From positions 96,001 through 160,000 of IMG/VR virus record IMGVR_UViG_3300029288_000076: a stretch of DNA of 64,000 nt; one strand, written 5' to 3'. The notes beneath the pieces are model-generated. The model was given only the letters and a program-made list of their open reading frames with translations, was not told where the DNA came from and made no database searches. This stretch comes from a virus (taxonomy: Duplodnaviria > Caudoviricetes). Made by a program: the position numbers and the translations under genes. The first letter of the stretch is position 1, and each line of letters opens with the position of its first letter. Positions 10,368 to 20,569 of the stretch are shown in pieces.

Positions 10368-10654
10368 TTCATGTCTCCATTATACTTGTATTTCATTTTG
10401 CTAAAGTATATATCATATTTTTCTAATTTGCTATAAATGAATTAGTAAGCTCATCTCCACTTAAATGTTCATCATCTAAACCCATAAAATAAACACTAAA
10501 CAACTTTGCTTTCTCATCCCATTCACTATAAAATTCCACAAACCTATCTGGAGGAGTTTCAAGAAATTCTCTAGTCCAATTTCCATTATGCTTATATTTC
10601 TTTTTAGCTAGTATTATTATTTTTCTATGCATGCTCTTTTTACTAATGCTACTT

Positions 10655-10951
10655 TTATTTCTCTACCTTAATAATCTTTTCCACTATAAAATTGCCTACT
10701 TTATCTTCGCTGCCGCTTGCCAATACTTGTTTACCTATATATCCATCGAGAGGAGAATAATAAGTAATCACTAAAAACCCTTCCTTAGTTGTATATGTGT
10801 ATTTATCAACGGGACCTCCACACAAAGCATCCAACACAATTCTATCTAGCCTGCTAGTAACAGTAAATTTTTTTACTTCTTGACTATTAGCAGCCACAAC
10901 AAGTAACAGAACAAAAGCAATTACTAAACTATATAAAATAAACTTTCTCAT
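10655..10951 (-). CDS. secreted protein (YTTKEGFLV family)
   Basis: Signal peptide; paralog of 9999..10367. Confidence 0.65.
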   Translation of the reverse strand: MRKFILYSLVIAFVLLLVVAANSQEVKKFTVTSRLDRIVLDALCGGPVDKYTYTTKEGFLVITYYSPLDGYIGKQVLASGSEDKVGNFIVEKIIKVEK

Positions 10952-11253
10952 CTCATTCCCTTTGTTTTATTTTCTTAGAGTTTTTTCTCTATTGCCATAA
11001 CCATATTTTTGTCGATACTCACAACCGTTATCATGCTCTTCAAAATCTTTTCCAATAAACCCATTACAACATGGACATGCACCAAGCCAACCCTGAACCT
11101 TATCAAATGTACCAACTTCATTTTCATTTGGTGGTTGATTAGCTACAGGAAACGTACCGTGATTAGTAGTTAGCATTCTTCTACCATTTTTATCTGTCCA
11201 TTCTTTCCACATTGTTTTAATCTCCTCAACTCAAAATTTTCACAAAAGCAGTT

Positions 11254-12648
11254 TTACTTTGGAACTTCTATATTATATTTTTCTAAAACTTTTAGCATTA
11301 TTCCTTTAGGAGTAAGGTCTTCTGCTGCAAAAATAGCTTTCAATATAGAAGGGCTAAACCCAGAAACTAAAGCCACATTATTATGTTTCACAGTAACTGG
11401 TTGACCTGCATAGCCGCTTGTATTCCAATATACAATAGATGGAATAGAGTAACCAGCAACTACCCATTTATCAAGAGAATTTTCAACTACAGCATTATCA
11501 CCGACCGTCCCCTCATGAAACTGCATATCAGAAACAATAATAAGCATATTAGGCATCATATTGTTTGTAAGATTAAAAAACTTTGCAGTAGACAATATCA
11601 GATCAAGAACTTTATCTATTCTAGTCTCTCCAATAGCACCATCAAATATTTCATTATTAAAAACAGCTTCAGAAAACTTCATTCCATTCCAATCTTTAAA
11701 TTTACCTTCGCTTTCAAATCCTATAAATTTCTTATGAAAAGGATTTTCTTTTGGAATTTTAGCAGAGCAATAAAGGGCCATCCCCTGCGAGATATCAACA
11801 GCTTTAATAGACCCGCTAACTTGTATGCTCATAGAACCTGAAGTATCTGCTATAACAATTGCCCTTGAATCAGTATCCATATAATTTGGTAAAGCTTCAA
11901 ACTGAGCGTCTCCAATTTGTTTATCACCATTTCTTACTGTTCTAACACAATCATGAGGAAAAAGAACGCTAGCATGAATAGTCGCTTCACCTTTTTCAAG
12001 AGCTTCTTTATATTTAGCAAATCTTTCTTCGTCATGCTTTCCAAAAGCATTAGTATATCTGGCCATTGCCACAGAAGGAACAGTTTTGTATTCAATTTCG
12101 TTCCATCTGTTTGTACACATTTTGTGTTCAACAATATGGTCTTTACGAATCTTAGCAAGAAATTTACGAAAGTCTTTTTCTGATTTGATACCAAGAGCAA
12201 CTCTTAATTGCTTATCTTTTCTGTCTGCCCATTTAGCAGCAAGGACATCATTATTGCATAAAGCACTTGCCCACATATCAGCTGCTATATAGTCAGCGTC
12301 AGAATTAAATAAAGATCTTAAATCATCCCATCTTCCAACTAAAGGAAGCCAACCAATATTTAATTCAAGCCATTTTAATCCAATTTCGTCTTGAGCAAGC
12401 CATTTATAAATAGATCTTGCGGCGCTTCTATTCCCACTACCTCCCCTTGCGTCGCGAAGCCAAAGTAAAAGCTTAAAGGCTACTACAGGGTCTACAATCC
12501 AAATCTTCTGAAACAACGACAAAGCAGATTCTTCACCTTCATAGAATGATTCTTTCTTTTTAAAAAGAGAACCAGCCTTACTAAAAAACTCTACTGCATG
12601 GTCAAGAGAATGTTCATACTGATTTGCGCCTTCATGAGTCTTGATCAT
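11254..12648 (-). CDS. DUF2828-family, TROVE/Ro60-like protein with C-terminal vWA domain
   Basis: RDARGGSG, GRWDDL, AAKWA, VPSVAM helical region; vWA MIDAS DTSGS...T...SDMQF; IVYWN and VSGFSP; RBS AGGAG. Confidence 0.85.
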   Translation of the reverse strand: MIKTHEGANQYEHSLDHAVEFFSKAGSLFKKKESFYEGEESALSLFQKIWIVDPVVAFKLLLWLRDARGGSGNRSAARSIYKWLAQDEIGLKWLELNIGWLPLVGRWDDLRSLFNSDADYIAADMWASALCNNDVLAAKWADRKDKQLRVALGIKSEKDFRKFLAKIRKDHIVEHKMCTNRWNEIEYKTVPSVAMARYTNAFGKHDEERFAKYKEALEKGEATIHASVLFPHDCVRTVRNGDKQIGDAQFEALPNYMDTDSRAIVIADTSGSMSIQVSGSIKAVDISQGMALYCSAKIPKENPFHKKFIGFESEGKFKDWNGMKFSEAVFNNEIFDGAIGETRIDKVLDLILSTAKFFNLTNNMMPNMLIIVSDMQFHEGTVGDNAVVENSLDKWVVAGYSIPSIVYWNTSGYAGQPVTVKHNNVALVSGFSPSILKAIFAAEDLTPKGIMLKVLEKYNIEVPK

Positions 12649-12662
12649 TTTAAACTCCTGTT

Positions 12663-12721
12663 CAGGTTGGAACTTTTAAAACATTCAACGTGTTTTTATT
12701 TTGTTTGCTGTAACCAACCTT
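12663..12721 (-). ncRNA. CAGCAA hairpin RNA copy 4, immediately 5' of the DUF2828 RBS
   Basis: AGGTTGG-TTACAGCAA-...-CCAACCT-G; inner stem AAAACA/TGTTTT with 7-nt loop CGTTGAA. Confidence 0.75.
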
Positions 12722-12732
12722 TTTAAATTGTT

Positions 12733-12936
12733 TTAAAATTTATCTCTTTTATCTTCAAGCATTCCAATATATTCTTTTATATATGATTCTAAGGATCTAT
12801 TTTGCTCATCGCTTGAGCTTAATAAAAAACTTTGTAAAGCAATAATTACATCACTAATCATAATATATCTATGTTTAAAACCATCTATACCTAGTTTAGC
12901 TGTATTGAAAGTTATATAAAGATCTTTTTTACTCAT
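12733..12936 (-). CDS. hypothetical protein embedded in the hairpin array
   Basis: 67-aa ORF between hairpins 3 and 4. Confidence 0.5.
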   Translation of the reverse strand: MSKKDLYITFNTAKLGIDGFKHRYIMISDVIIALQSFLLSSSDEQNRSLESYIKEYIGMLEDKRDKF

Positions 12937-12965
12937 TTTCTATCACATAAAAATATTTTAAAAAA

Positions 12966-13022
12966 CAGACTGGGACTTGAAAGCTTAACAGGCTTTTGTT
13001 TTTGTTTGCTGTAACCAGTCTT
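12966..13022 (-). ncRNA. CAGCAA hairpin RNA copy 3 with tRNA-Asn-like anticodon stem-loop
   Basis: AGACTGG-TTACAGCAA-...-CCAGTCT-G; inner AAAGC-CTGTTAA-GCTTT. Confidence 0.75.
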
Positions 13023-13045
13023 GTAAAAGAACTTTAAAATAAAAT

Positions 13046-13094
13046 CAGGTTGAATTTTTATACCCAATGTATTTTTATTGCTGTAATCAACCTT
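13046..13094 (-). ncRNA. CAGCAA hairpin RNA copy 2
   Basis: AGGTTGA-TTACAGCAA-...-TCAACCT-G; inner ATAC-ATTGG-GTAT. Confidence 0.75.
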
Positions 13095-13105
13095 GTAAAT
13101 TTTAA

Positions 13106-13163
13106 CAGATTAGCTTTGTTTTGTCTTTCGACGGCCATATTTTTGATTGCTGAAACTAATCTT
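13106..13163 (-). ncRNA. CAGCAA hairpin RNA copy 1
   Basis: AGATTAG-TTTCAGCAA-...-CTAATCT-G; inner GTC-GAAA-GAC. Confidence 0.75.
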
Positions 13164-13168
13164 GTCTT

Positions 13169-13189
13169 ATACTATATTATATTTTAAAA
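13169..13189 (-). promoter_or_regulatory. conserved phage promoter upstream of the hairpin array and DUF2828
   Basis: Exact 21-mer ending 5 nt before hairpin 1. Confidence 0.8.
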
Positions 13190-13306
13190 ACTATGTCTTA
13201 GAAACATCTTTAGAAATTTCTTTTGATAATAATTCCTCCTCAACTAAAAATTCATATATATATATTTTCTTTTTGTAATCCCAATTGATATCATTCCAAT
13301 ACTTTT

Positions 13307-13933
13307 TCATTCTTCACCAATTATGCCATCAAAGATTATTGGTAATCTTTTTTTCATTTCCTCTAACAAAGGAACCATAACCTCTCTCATTTGAGGATGA
13401 GCGTTCTTAGAAGTTCTTAACTGAAAAATGTGTCTCCATTCTCTTAAATTAGCTGTAATCACAATTGTTGTAGCAGCAGAATTTGGTAAAACAGATCTTG
13501 CTATCTGAGGAGAAATACCATTATCTAACATCTTCATATAAGAATTCTCAGCATTTATACACACTGATTTCCATAATTCATAAGAACTACTTTTTTCATT
13601 TAACAAAGGCTTAATAACTTCTATTTCAAAATTAAATTCCTTCTTATTATAATTGCAATAACGTTGACTCTCCATTGTATAAGATGCTAAACGGTGACGT
13701 ACTAATTCATGACTAATCCCTCTATCACAAATAATTTTAACTGAAATATTAAAGTGCTCAATGACAGAAAGATGTCCACGATTGATAATATTTTGAATAA
13801 AAGATTTATAACTATCTTTAGATACTTGACCATAACTTTGATAAGCAACTCTACCAATAAATTCAATCTTCTTTAAGATTTCTATTCCGTCAAACTTATC
13901 TAAGATTTCAAAACTTGGCTCAATTATTTTCAA
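13307..13933 (-). CDS. thyX: FAD-dependent thymidylate synthase
   Basis: GHLSVIEH, RGISHELVRHR..SY.MESQRY, ARSVLP, NLREWRH..LR...AHPQMR. Confidence 0.97.
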   Translation of the reverse strand: MKIIEPSFEILDKFDGIEILKKIEFIGRVAYQSYGQVSKDSYKSFIQNIINRGHLSVIEHFNISVKIICDRGISHELVRHRLASYTMESQRYCNYNKKEFNFEIEVIKPLLNEKSSSYELWKSVCINAENSYMKMLDNGISPQIARSVLPNSAATTIVITANLREWRHIFQLRTSKNAHPQMREVMVPLLEEMKKRLPIIFDGIIGEE

Positions 13934-14181
13934 AACTTATATCTCCATTCTTTACATGTTCCGTTTAATGGCACTCTAACATAAAATTCTTCTAAACCGC
14001 ATTTCTCTTTCAAATACTTACAAAACCTAACTCTTTTAGAATCATCCAGATTCTTACAAAAGTTACAGGTGTTAGTATATTCGTGAAAGTTCAAAGCACA
14101 CAAAGCTATTCCTCTTCTAACTTCGTCAATATCAACGCCTTTAGGAATTTTTTTAAGATATTCTTTTTCTTTATTATTCAT
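13930..14181 (-). CDS. small Cys-rich protein (CxxC...C...C family)
   Basis: NF...TCNFCKN...C...GTCKEW. Confidence 0.55.
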   Translation of the reverse strand: MNNKEKEYLKKIPKGVDIDEVRRGIALCALNFHEYTNTCNFCKNLDDSKRVRFCKYLKEKCGLEEFYVRVPLNGTCKEWRYKF

Positions 14182-14418
14182 TTTAATTATTCACAGCTTT
14201 GAAATAATTTACCCATTCAGTATCTAAATCTTGTAAAGTTTTATACGAAGCACAAAAAGAAGTTGAATAATATTTCTTGTTATTCTTTCTCAACCAAGAC
14301 CATAATAAAATTACTTCATCCCCATCATACTCAAACGCAATACCTAAACTATTAATCCAAACGTATGTACCAAATAAAATTTTTTGTAATTTACAAATAT
14401 AATAGCTAAATCTTTGTT

Positions 14419-14823
14419 TCACTTTATCTCTTCAGCCGTTAAGATATTTTTATACCAAGAGAAAAAAGGAACGCGCCAACCATATGTTGTAATATAATAC
14501 GTTTTTCCTTTTTCAATAAATCCATAGAAATCAGAAGAATTATATCTCCAGTGAGTCCAACATACTTCCCAAAATGTATCAGTAATTTCAAATGTCATAC
14601 TAACAGATTTCTCATCAGAAACCATTTTAGTATATATCAAATACTTGTCATCTGCATCTTTTCCACCACCAGACTTCTTGAAGGCTTTGTCAGTGACAGT
14701 AACAATATAATTATCTCTTGTAAAGTGTGGTAGTATTGGAGCAGTACAGACAGCAAGAAAGATAAAAATAATAGTGATAGCTACTAATACTTCTACTAAA
14801 GTAAAACCTTTTCTACTAAACAT
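14419..14823 (-). CDS. DUF1523-like protein with prepilin-type N-terminal cleavage/methylation signal
   Basis: KG|FTLVEVLVAITII class III signal; TVTDK..KYLIYT..FEITD..NSSDFYG..YGWRVPFFSWYKNI. Confidence 0.75.
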   Translation of the reverse strand: MFSRKGFTLVEVLVAITIIFIFLAVCTAPILPHFTRDNYIVTVTDKAFKKSGGGKDADDKYLIYTKMVSDEKSVSMTFEITDTFWEVCWTHWRYNSSDFYGFIEKGKTYYITTYGWRVPFFSWYKNILTAEEIK

Positions 14824-14850
14824 TTTAAACCCCTATAAAAACACATCCTC

Positions 14851-14871
14851 TTATATTATTATATTTTAAAA
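14851..14871 (-). promoter_or_regulatory. variant of the phage promoter motif
   Basis: TTTTAAAATATAATAATATAA upstream of the prepilin-like gene. Confidence 0.55.
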
Positions 14872-14918
14872 GCTGTGTTATATCAACTTTTCTTTCATTC
14901 TTTATATAAATTATATAT

Positions 14919-15146
14919 CTAAAAAGGTGATTTTACTGTTGGCAGTTGCGGTTGAAGATGTTTATTAAAAGTAAGAATTCTGAGCCATAATTTACCAGTA
15001 AATAATATTTGAACTCTTTCGAGCAACGATAATTCCCAACAAGATATAACTTCGCCATCATCTGATTTATAAGCCGGTAAAGGTAAATATTCTGGTTGAT
15101 TTTCTGCAAATGTACAATTTTGTTGTTTAAATATTATTGGTTTCAT
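14919..15146 (-). CDS. conserved hypothetical phage protein
   Basis: QPEYLPLPA..GEVISCWELS..ER..ILFTGKLWL. Confidence 0.7.
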   Translation of the reverse strand: MKPIIFKQQNCTFAENQPEYLPLPAYKSDDGEVISCWELSLLERVQILFTGKLWLRILTFNKHLQPQLPTVKSPF

Positions 15147-15782
15147 CTTAACCTCTAGGATTTAATAATGAACTAAAGAATGCTTTAACAGTAAAAGTGC
15201 AATAAGCTTTCAACTCCCCATTACTTATAAACTCACTTACTTTTTCATTACCTTCGAACAAAGAATATTTTGTCCTTCCTTCATAAAATACTCTATCTTC
15301 AAAAAGTCTTTTAACTTTTTTATATGCCTTTCCATATAATTCATTGTTTTGAGAATCACTAAATAGCCCGTAACTCCAAGAAGTACATTGATCTTTTCCA
15401 TTAATATGCCACATACCGTTACAATAACAAACGCATTTTGCGGGAACAATAAATGCTCCTATAATAGATTCTTTTGATAAACTATTTATTTCTGGTGGTT
15501 CATTAATATAAATAGAACCAGTAAGAGTTAGTGTTTCTAAAACATGATTTATTACATCTTCATAAGATATTTTTGCTTTGTTCATCTTTATTCCTTCTAA
15601 ACTTATCTACATTTCCATGCTTAGCTTAACAAATTTTTCCTCCAATAATACCTCTATCACCACATTTTGACCACCTTGCCCAATAACCACATTTTGGATT
15701 AGTACAGCGTTCTACTATATCATCAGTATAAGCTCTATCAGCATCAAACGCCTCATCGATTACAACGCTTCCAATTTTACAT

Positions 15783-16187
15783 TCAGTACATTTTACTCGT
15801 TTCATCTTTATTTAAACCTTTCATAAAACTATGAAACTCTTCTTCAGCCAAAGATTCTTTCATGCTAATTTCATCTAAATAGTTCTTAACATAAGCATAG
15901 AGATTATATACTATCTCAAAATCTATTTTATTACTATAAGCTTCCCATTCGTCTGATAAAATAGAAATAACTGAGTAATCATAAGACAAAAACTCTGTCT
16001 CCATATGAATATTTAATCTAATCTCAATATTATCAATATAACATTTGAAATATTCTATTCCTAAATAACCACTTGTGGGAGTATGAAATTCCCAAACTAA
16101 ACTTTTGCTTTTTGTCTTTTTCATTAAAAGTTTAATTAACTTCTTAAGTTCTTTTTCTTTTATAGTATAGACCTTTTTTGTTTCCAT
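15783..16187 (-). CDS. hypothetical protein, paralog of 17737..18087
   Basis: Shared L.KKT...W, F.CYID and EEF..F.K.L. Confidence 0.6.
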   Translation of the reverse strand: METKKVYTIKEKELKKLIKLLMKKTKSKSLVWEFHTPTSGYLGIEYFKCYIDNIEIRLNIHMETEFLSYDYSVISILSDEWEAYSNKIDFEIVYNLYAYVKNYLDEISMKESLAEEEFHSFMKGLNKDETSKMY

Positions 16188-17736
16188 TTTACAACTCCTT
16201 TATTTCTTTATATAACCAATGATCTTTCCATGTATTTTCAGGAAAAGAATATTTTAAACCATAATTGTTGTTTGAACAATGAGGACATGGAATATCTCTA
16301 CCATCTTCATACATATGATTAATTAATATTTTGTAAAACATAAATATATAAGGTTGAATTCCTCCACAGTCACATTTATACATACAATCTAAATTATCTT
16401 TAAGCCATTGTCTGTAAAATCTAAAATAAATTCTTTTCCTTAAATCCCAAGGGAACTTTCTTAATAAAAAAGAAATAGATTTTGGTATTTGCCGTTTGGG
16501 AGGTTTATATTTAGGATCATCTTCCACTTTTCTTTTTCCAATCTTTACAAATAGATTTTTCTCTTGACAACTGCAAGTCAGATTTGTACCAAATATAGAA
16601 GCCAAACCATAGAAACCAAATCATAAATAAATATTTTTCACTTGTATATTTCCAATATACAAAATCATCGTTTATAGAAAAGACAATAGAACTAATTTTT
16701 GATTTAACTTTAAAATTATTTAATTCAACAAATAACTTCATCATTATCTTCCTATAAATAAAACATAATAGAAAACTTGAATTCCAACTCCATAGAACTT
16801 ATTATCCATTCCCAAATAAACTATTGGCCAAAGACAAAAAGCTTCTGGCCATCTTCTTTTTACAAAGTAAATTGTTAATTTTGTAAAACATAAATTGAGT
16901 CTTATTTGCTTAGCTTTTTCCATTATTCCATCCACCAATAAAAGAATTAATTTCCAACCAACCTATATACAATTGATTTTCATGTTTAATGTAAGGCATA
17001 GGAATTTCAGAATCTTGTCCTCCAGTCATAAAAGATATGCTTGCTTTTCTAAGCATATCACCTAACATTGTGCAGTCTTTCATTTCACAAAAGATTCTTA
17101 CTTTTTTATCATCCATTTCTCTTTTTCCTTGATATATTCTTTAGCCATATTGTAAATAGCTTGGTTAAGAGTCTTTGCTTCTACACTAACTTAACAGCAC
17201 AGAATAGATATATTTTTTAAATTAAAACCAACTTTTTCGTCCTTCATTCAACAAGTGATCTATCTTCTCCACCCCTCTCATAAACTCAGTAATGTGCTTT
17301 CTAGATGGGGTAAAATCCCATAATGTCTTTCTAAGAGCTTGTACTTCTTCTGGAGTGAATCTTCTCCTACAAAGTATATCTCCCATTATAGTATCATAGG
17401 CCCATCCCATGATCGGAGTACTCTCTCTTGCATCTACAACAGAAAAGTATGCTTTTTTCAATGTAACTTTAATTTCCTTAATCTGCTCTTTAGAAAAAAC
17501 AATTTTTGACATTTATTATCTCCTACCAATTATCAATCCAACATCCTATCCTGTCAATAATAACAAACCAAATAAGTAAGACAACCTGCAAACATAAACC
17601 AAAAAATAATATATCAGGATTCCAAGTAATAAAGAATTTAATTATTCCAACTAATAAAGATCCAATAGGAATAAACCATATTGCGTTCAAAGCACACATC
17701 CACATAAAAGTATCTTTTAGAAAATCTTTCATTTTT

Positions 17737-18087
17737 CTATAATCTATCTAAGGCTTTGACGAATAAATTAAACTCTTCAATGCCTAATATTGGATTTTGT
17801 TCTAATAATTCTAAATGATTTTCTATATAAGAAATTAAATTATTAAGATCTTCATTTCCGTTAGAAGTTCCACGCACAACATAATAATAAGCTGATAATT
17901 CTTCAGTTTCTATTGAAAAAGTATACTTATTAACAAATATTCTAGCTTTATCAATATAACATTCAAACTCGTTATATTGATCACTTTTCTTAAGCCACTC
18001 AATTTTATTTTGTTCTGTTTTTTTAAGTAATTTCTTTATAACTTTTTCAAGTTCTATCAATGTCATTGAACGTAATTTTTTTTTCAT
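17737..18087 (-). CDS. hypothetical protein, paralog of 15783..16187
   Basis: Shared motifs with 15783..16187. Confidence 0.6.
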   Translation of the reverse strand: MKKKLRSMTLIELEKVIKKLLKKTEQNKIEWLKKSDQYNEFECYIDKARIFVNKYTFSIETEELSAYYYVVRGTSNGNEDLNNLISYIENHLELLEQNPILGIEEFNLFVKALDRL

Positions 18088-18165
18088 TTCAAAATAGTCC
18101 TAAAAATAAAAAAATGTATTATTCTTTTAGAATGTTATATATACTTCCAATGAGTTTTATACCTC

Positions 18166-18186
18166 ATACTATATTATATTTTAAAA
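18166..18186 (-). promoter_or_regulatory. conserved phage promoter
   Basis: Exact 21-mer. Confidence 0.8.
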
Positions 18187-18971
18187 ATTATGTTTTAGAA
18201 GTTAGTTTCTTATATGATAAGCATTGTCTAATTGGAGCAATAACACCAATTATCGCACAACGATTATAATGCATATTATTATACATACAAAAGCTTTTAT
18301 TTAATACTTCACATTTTTCACAAATTCCAAGAGACTTTAAATTCCAAGCTTTTTTCTTTTCCATAATAATACTCATTTCTTATCTCCAAAGTCTATTCCT
18401 ATTGCTTGACTATGATTATATAAAAGCTCAATCTTATTTTTACTCACCTTACCAAATTCTATATGGGCCAATGTATGAACACTTTCATAATATAATTTCT
18501 CTCCTGCTCCCATTCCATAACTATTACACTGTTCACAAAACTCATACCACATACCAGTTTTTGGATTCTTCTTAAAGCATCTATAAAAATCATAACCAAT
18601 AAAATCCATATCTTTCTTTAATTCGTTTATGCAAAACAAGCAAAGATATTTTGGATACTTCTTTTCGTTTTTAATTAAGCATACAAAAAATGGAGCGAGG
18701 TAAAGCTCAAATTTCCATTCTCTATTTTGCTTTCTTATTTTAAACAATGGCCAGCCAAATCCAGAGTAGAAGATTTTTAATATCCAATATTTTGTTTCAA
18801 TTTTCATTTCTTAATCTTTCCACAGAAAAATAATAGATTATTATTAACATACATTTGTAACTCTTCAGTGCTTCTATTTCTTCCAATAGGTTTTATACAA
18901 TCTAAATGTAATTGTATTAACTTATTTCTTTGCTCTATGCTCATTCTTATCTCTTTCATATTATATCTTGC

Positions 18972-19139
18972 TCAACCTTCTCTTTCAAAAGATTCACACC
19001 AATTATTATTTTTTACAAAATACCAAGGACCAATAGACAAAGCAGGAGCTCTTTCTGTAATGCCACAGCATAATGTCCCATCAATAAATATCTTATGAAA
19101 ACAAGTTATACAGCAATCTGGGAGATTTATTTCTATCAT
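18972..19139 (-). CDS. PDCC-family small Cys protein (55 aa, probably leaderless, not in ORF track)
   Basis: MIEINLPDCCITC...LCC...WCESFEREG; ATG overlaps the end of the promoter 21-mer. Confidence 0.65.
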   Translation of the reverse strand: MIEINLPDCCITCFHKIFIDGTLCCGITERAPALSIGPWYFVKNNNWCESFEREG

Positions 19140-19158
19140 ACTATATTATATTTTAAAA
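19138..19158 (-). promoter_or_regulatory. conserved phage promoter
   Basis: Exact 21-mer running into an ATG. Confidence 0.8.
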
Positions 19159-19428
19159 AATCATTGCTACTCATTTTCTGCTCCTTCTTTTTAACTAGCA
19201 ACTATCTTTCCTTCATTAGGAAAATCAATTAAATGTTTACAATCAATACAAATATAAGATTTTGTCTCAATAGTTCCTAATGGAGTATGTAAAAGAAAAT
19301 TTTTATAATCATTCCAGAATCCACAATTTGGACAAATAACATGACATTGAGTAGCATATTTAATTCTTTCAATCATTTATTACTCCAACACCTTTTCAAT
19401 ATTCCATATATGAAATGTATAAAAACAA

Positions 19429-19782
19429 TCAATAACTCCACTTCCGAAGATCTTTTTTTCCAAAAAACAATTCAAGTGGTTCCCCACTGCTAACGAGAAA
19501 TCCTTCTTTAGTTAAGTATAGATATTCTGTATCATAATGACCAACAGATCCAAGATAAATACCATTAGGTACATCGCGTTTCTCAAATAACTCGATAGGT
19601 GTAAAGTATATATAAACATATTTAACATTAAAAGAACTTTTACTTACCCACAAATACATTTCATCTTTGTTGATTACTATTTGGCGTTCTAGTCGCTCTT
19701 TTTCTACATAAAAACAAAATATTACACTAATAAGTAAGAATAAAGTTAACACAATAATTCTCGCTCTCTCCATCTTATTCAT
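19429..19782 (-). CDS. membrane-anchored protein (YTTKEGFLV family)
   Basis: N-terminal TM; YLYLTKEGFLV. Confidence 0.55.
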   Translation of the reverse strand: MNKMERARIIVLTLFLLISVIFCFYVEKERLERQIVINKDEMYLWVSKSSFNVKYVYIYFTPIELFEKRDVPNGIYLGSVGHYDTEYLYLTKEGFLVSSGEPLELFFGKKDLRKWSY

Positions 19783-20326
19783 TTTCTACTCCTTTATTCA
19801 CAATAATGTCTAACTTCTAAAACAGGTATATTATATTCACTATATTTTAATCACGGAAGCATTATTAAAGTCCCATCACTGAAACTATCACCATATTTAG
19901 AAATAAAATATATCAAATCTTCTAACGCTGTGATTTCGATTGTCCAAACTTCCTCTTCTATATCTCTGTATGACCAATCACCTTCTTCTCTATGATTAAA
20001 GCCAGTGGACATAAACTTATCCTTCCTACCGTTTTCTTTCATATGCTTAAAAGTTTCTCTCCACCGTTCATGACGTATAACTGTCTCCAAAATAGCATCG
20101 CGACATTGCGGAATGTCATTTGAATACTGATTAATTATAAACTTCATTTTCTACTCCCCATTTCTTATGTCTCATCTCTTTACTGTTAAAATAATTAATA
20201 AGCAAATCCATATATAGGTTAGAATACAATCAATATCAGATATAGAATGGGATTTTGCTAATACTTTAAACACAAGATATAATATAGATATAACAACTAT
20301 TCTCCATTCTGAAAGTACTTCTTTAA

Positions 20327-20539
20327 TCATTCCTTATCTCCATAAATAACATCAAAGAGTTTATTAGCTAATTCTTGCTCTGCTCTGCTTTCTGCTACAA
20401 TATCTGATACGTCAACTATATTTGGAGTAACTTTTAAAACACCTTTTATTTGCTCAATAGCTTTAGTTGTCTTCTTAGCGTCATCTGATCTAATATCTTG
20501 TTCTAAAACAACTATAAAACTGTTATATCTATCTGTCAT
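20327..20539 (-). CDS. conserved phage protein, ACT-like
   Basis: MTDRY..FIVVLEQDIR.DD...AIEQIKGVLKV. Confidence 0.6.
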   Translation of the reverse strand: MTDRYNSFIVVLEQDIRSDDAKKTTKAIEQIKGVLKVTPNIVDVSDIVAESRAEQELANKLFDVIYGDKE

Positions 20540-20569
20540 TTCTTATGCCTCACTAATTCAACTAACTTT
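20536..20569. repeat. 34-bp direct repeat of the 3' end of ORF 20786..21574 (other copy 20786..20819; partial third copy 20159..20174)
   Basis: 33/34 identity; both ORFs end KLVELVRHKK. Confidence 0.9.

Noticed and set aside
12663-13163. CRISPR array interpretation of the repeats
   Set aside because: Units are not identical direct repeats; each variable region is enclosed by its own covarying stem; no cas genes. TnpB lies 38 kb away with its own scaffold.
12663-13163. tRNA genes or intrinsic terminators
   Set aside because: No D or T arms or CCA; loops are about 33-43 nt and there is no U-tract after the stems on the transcribed strand.
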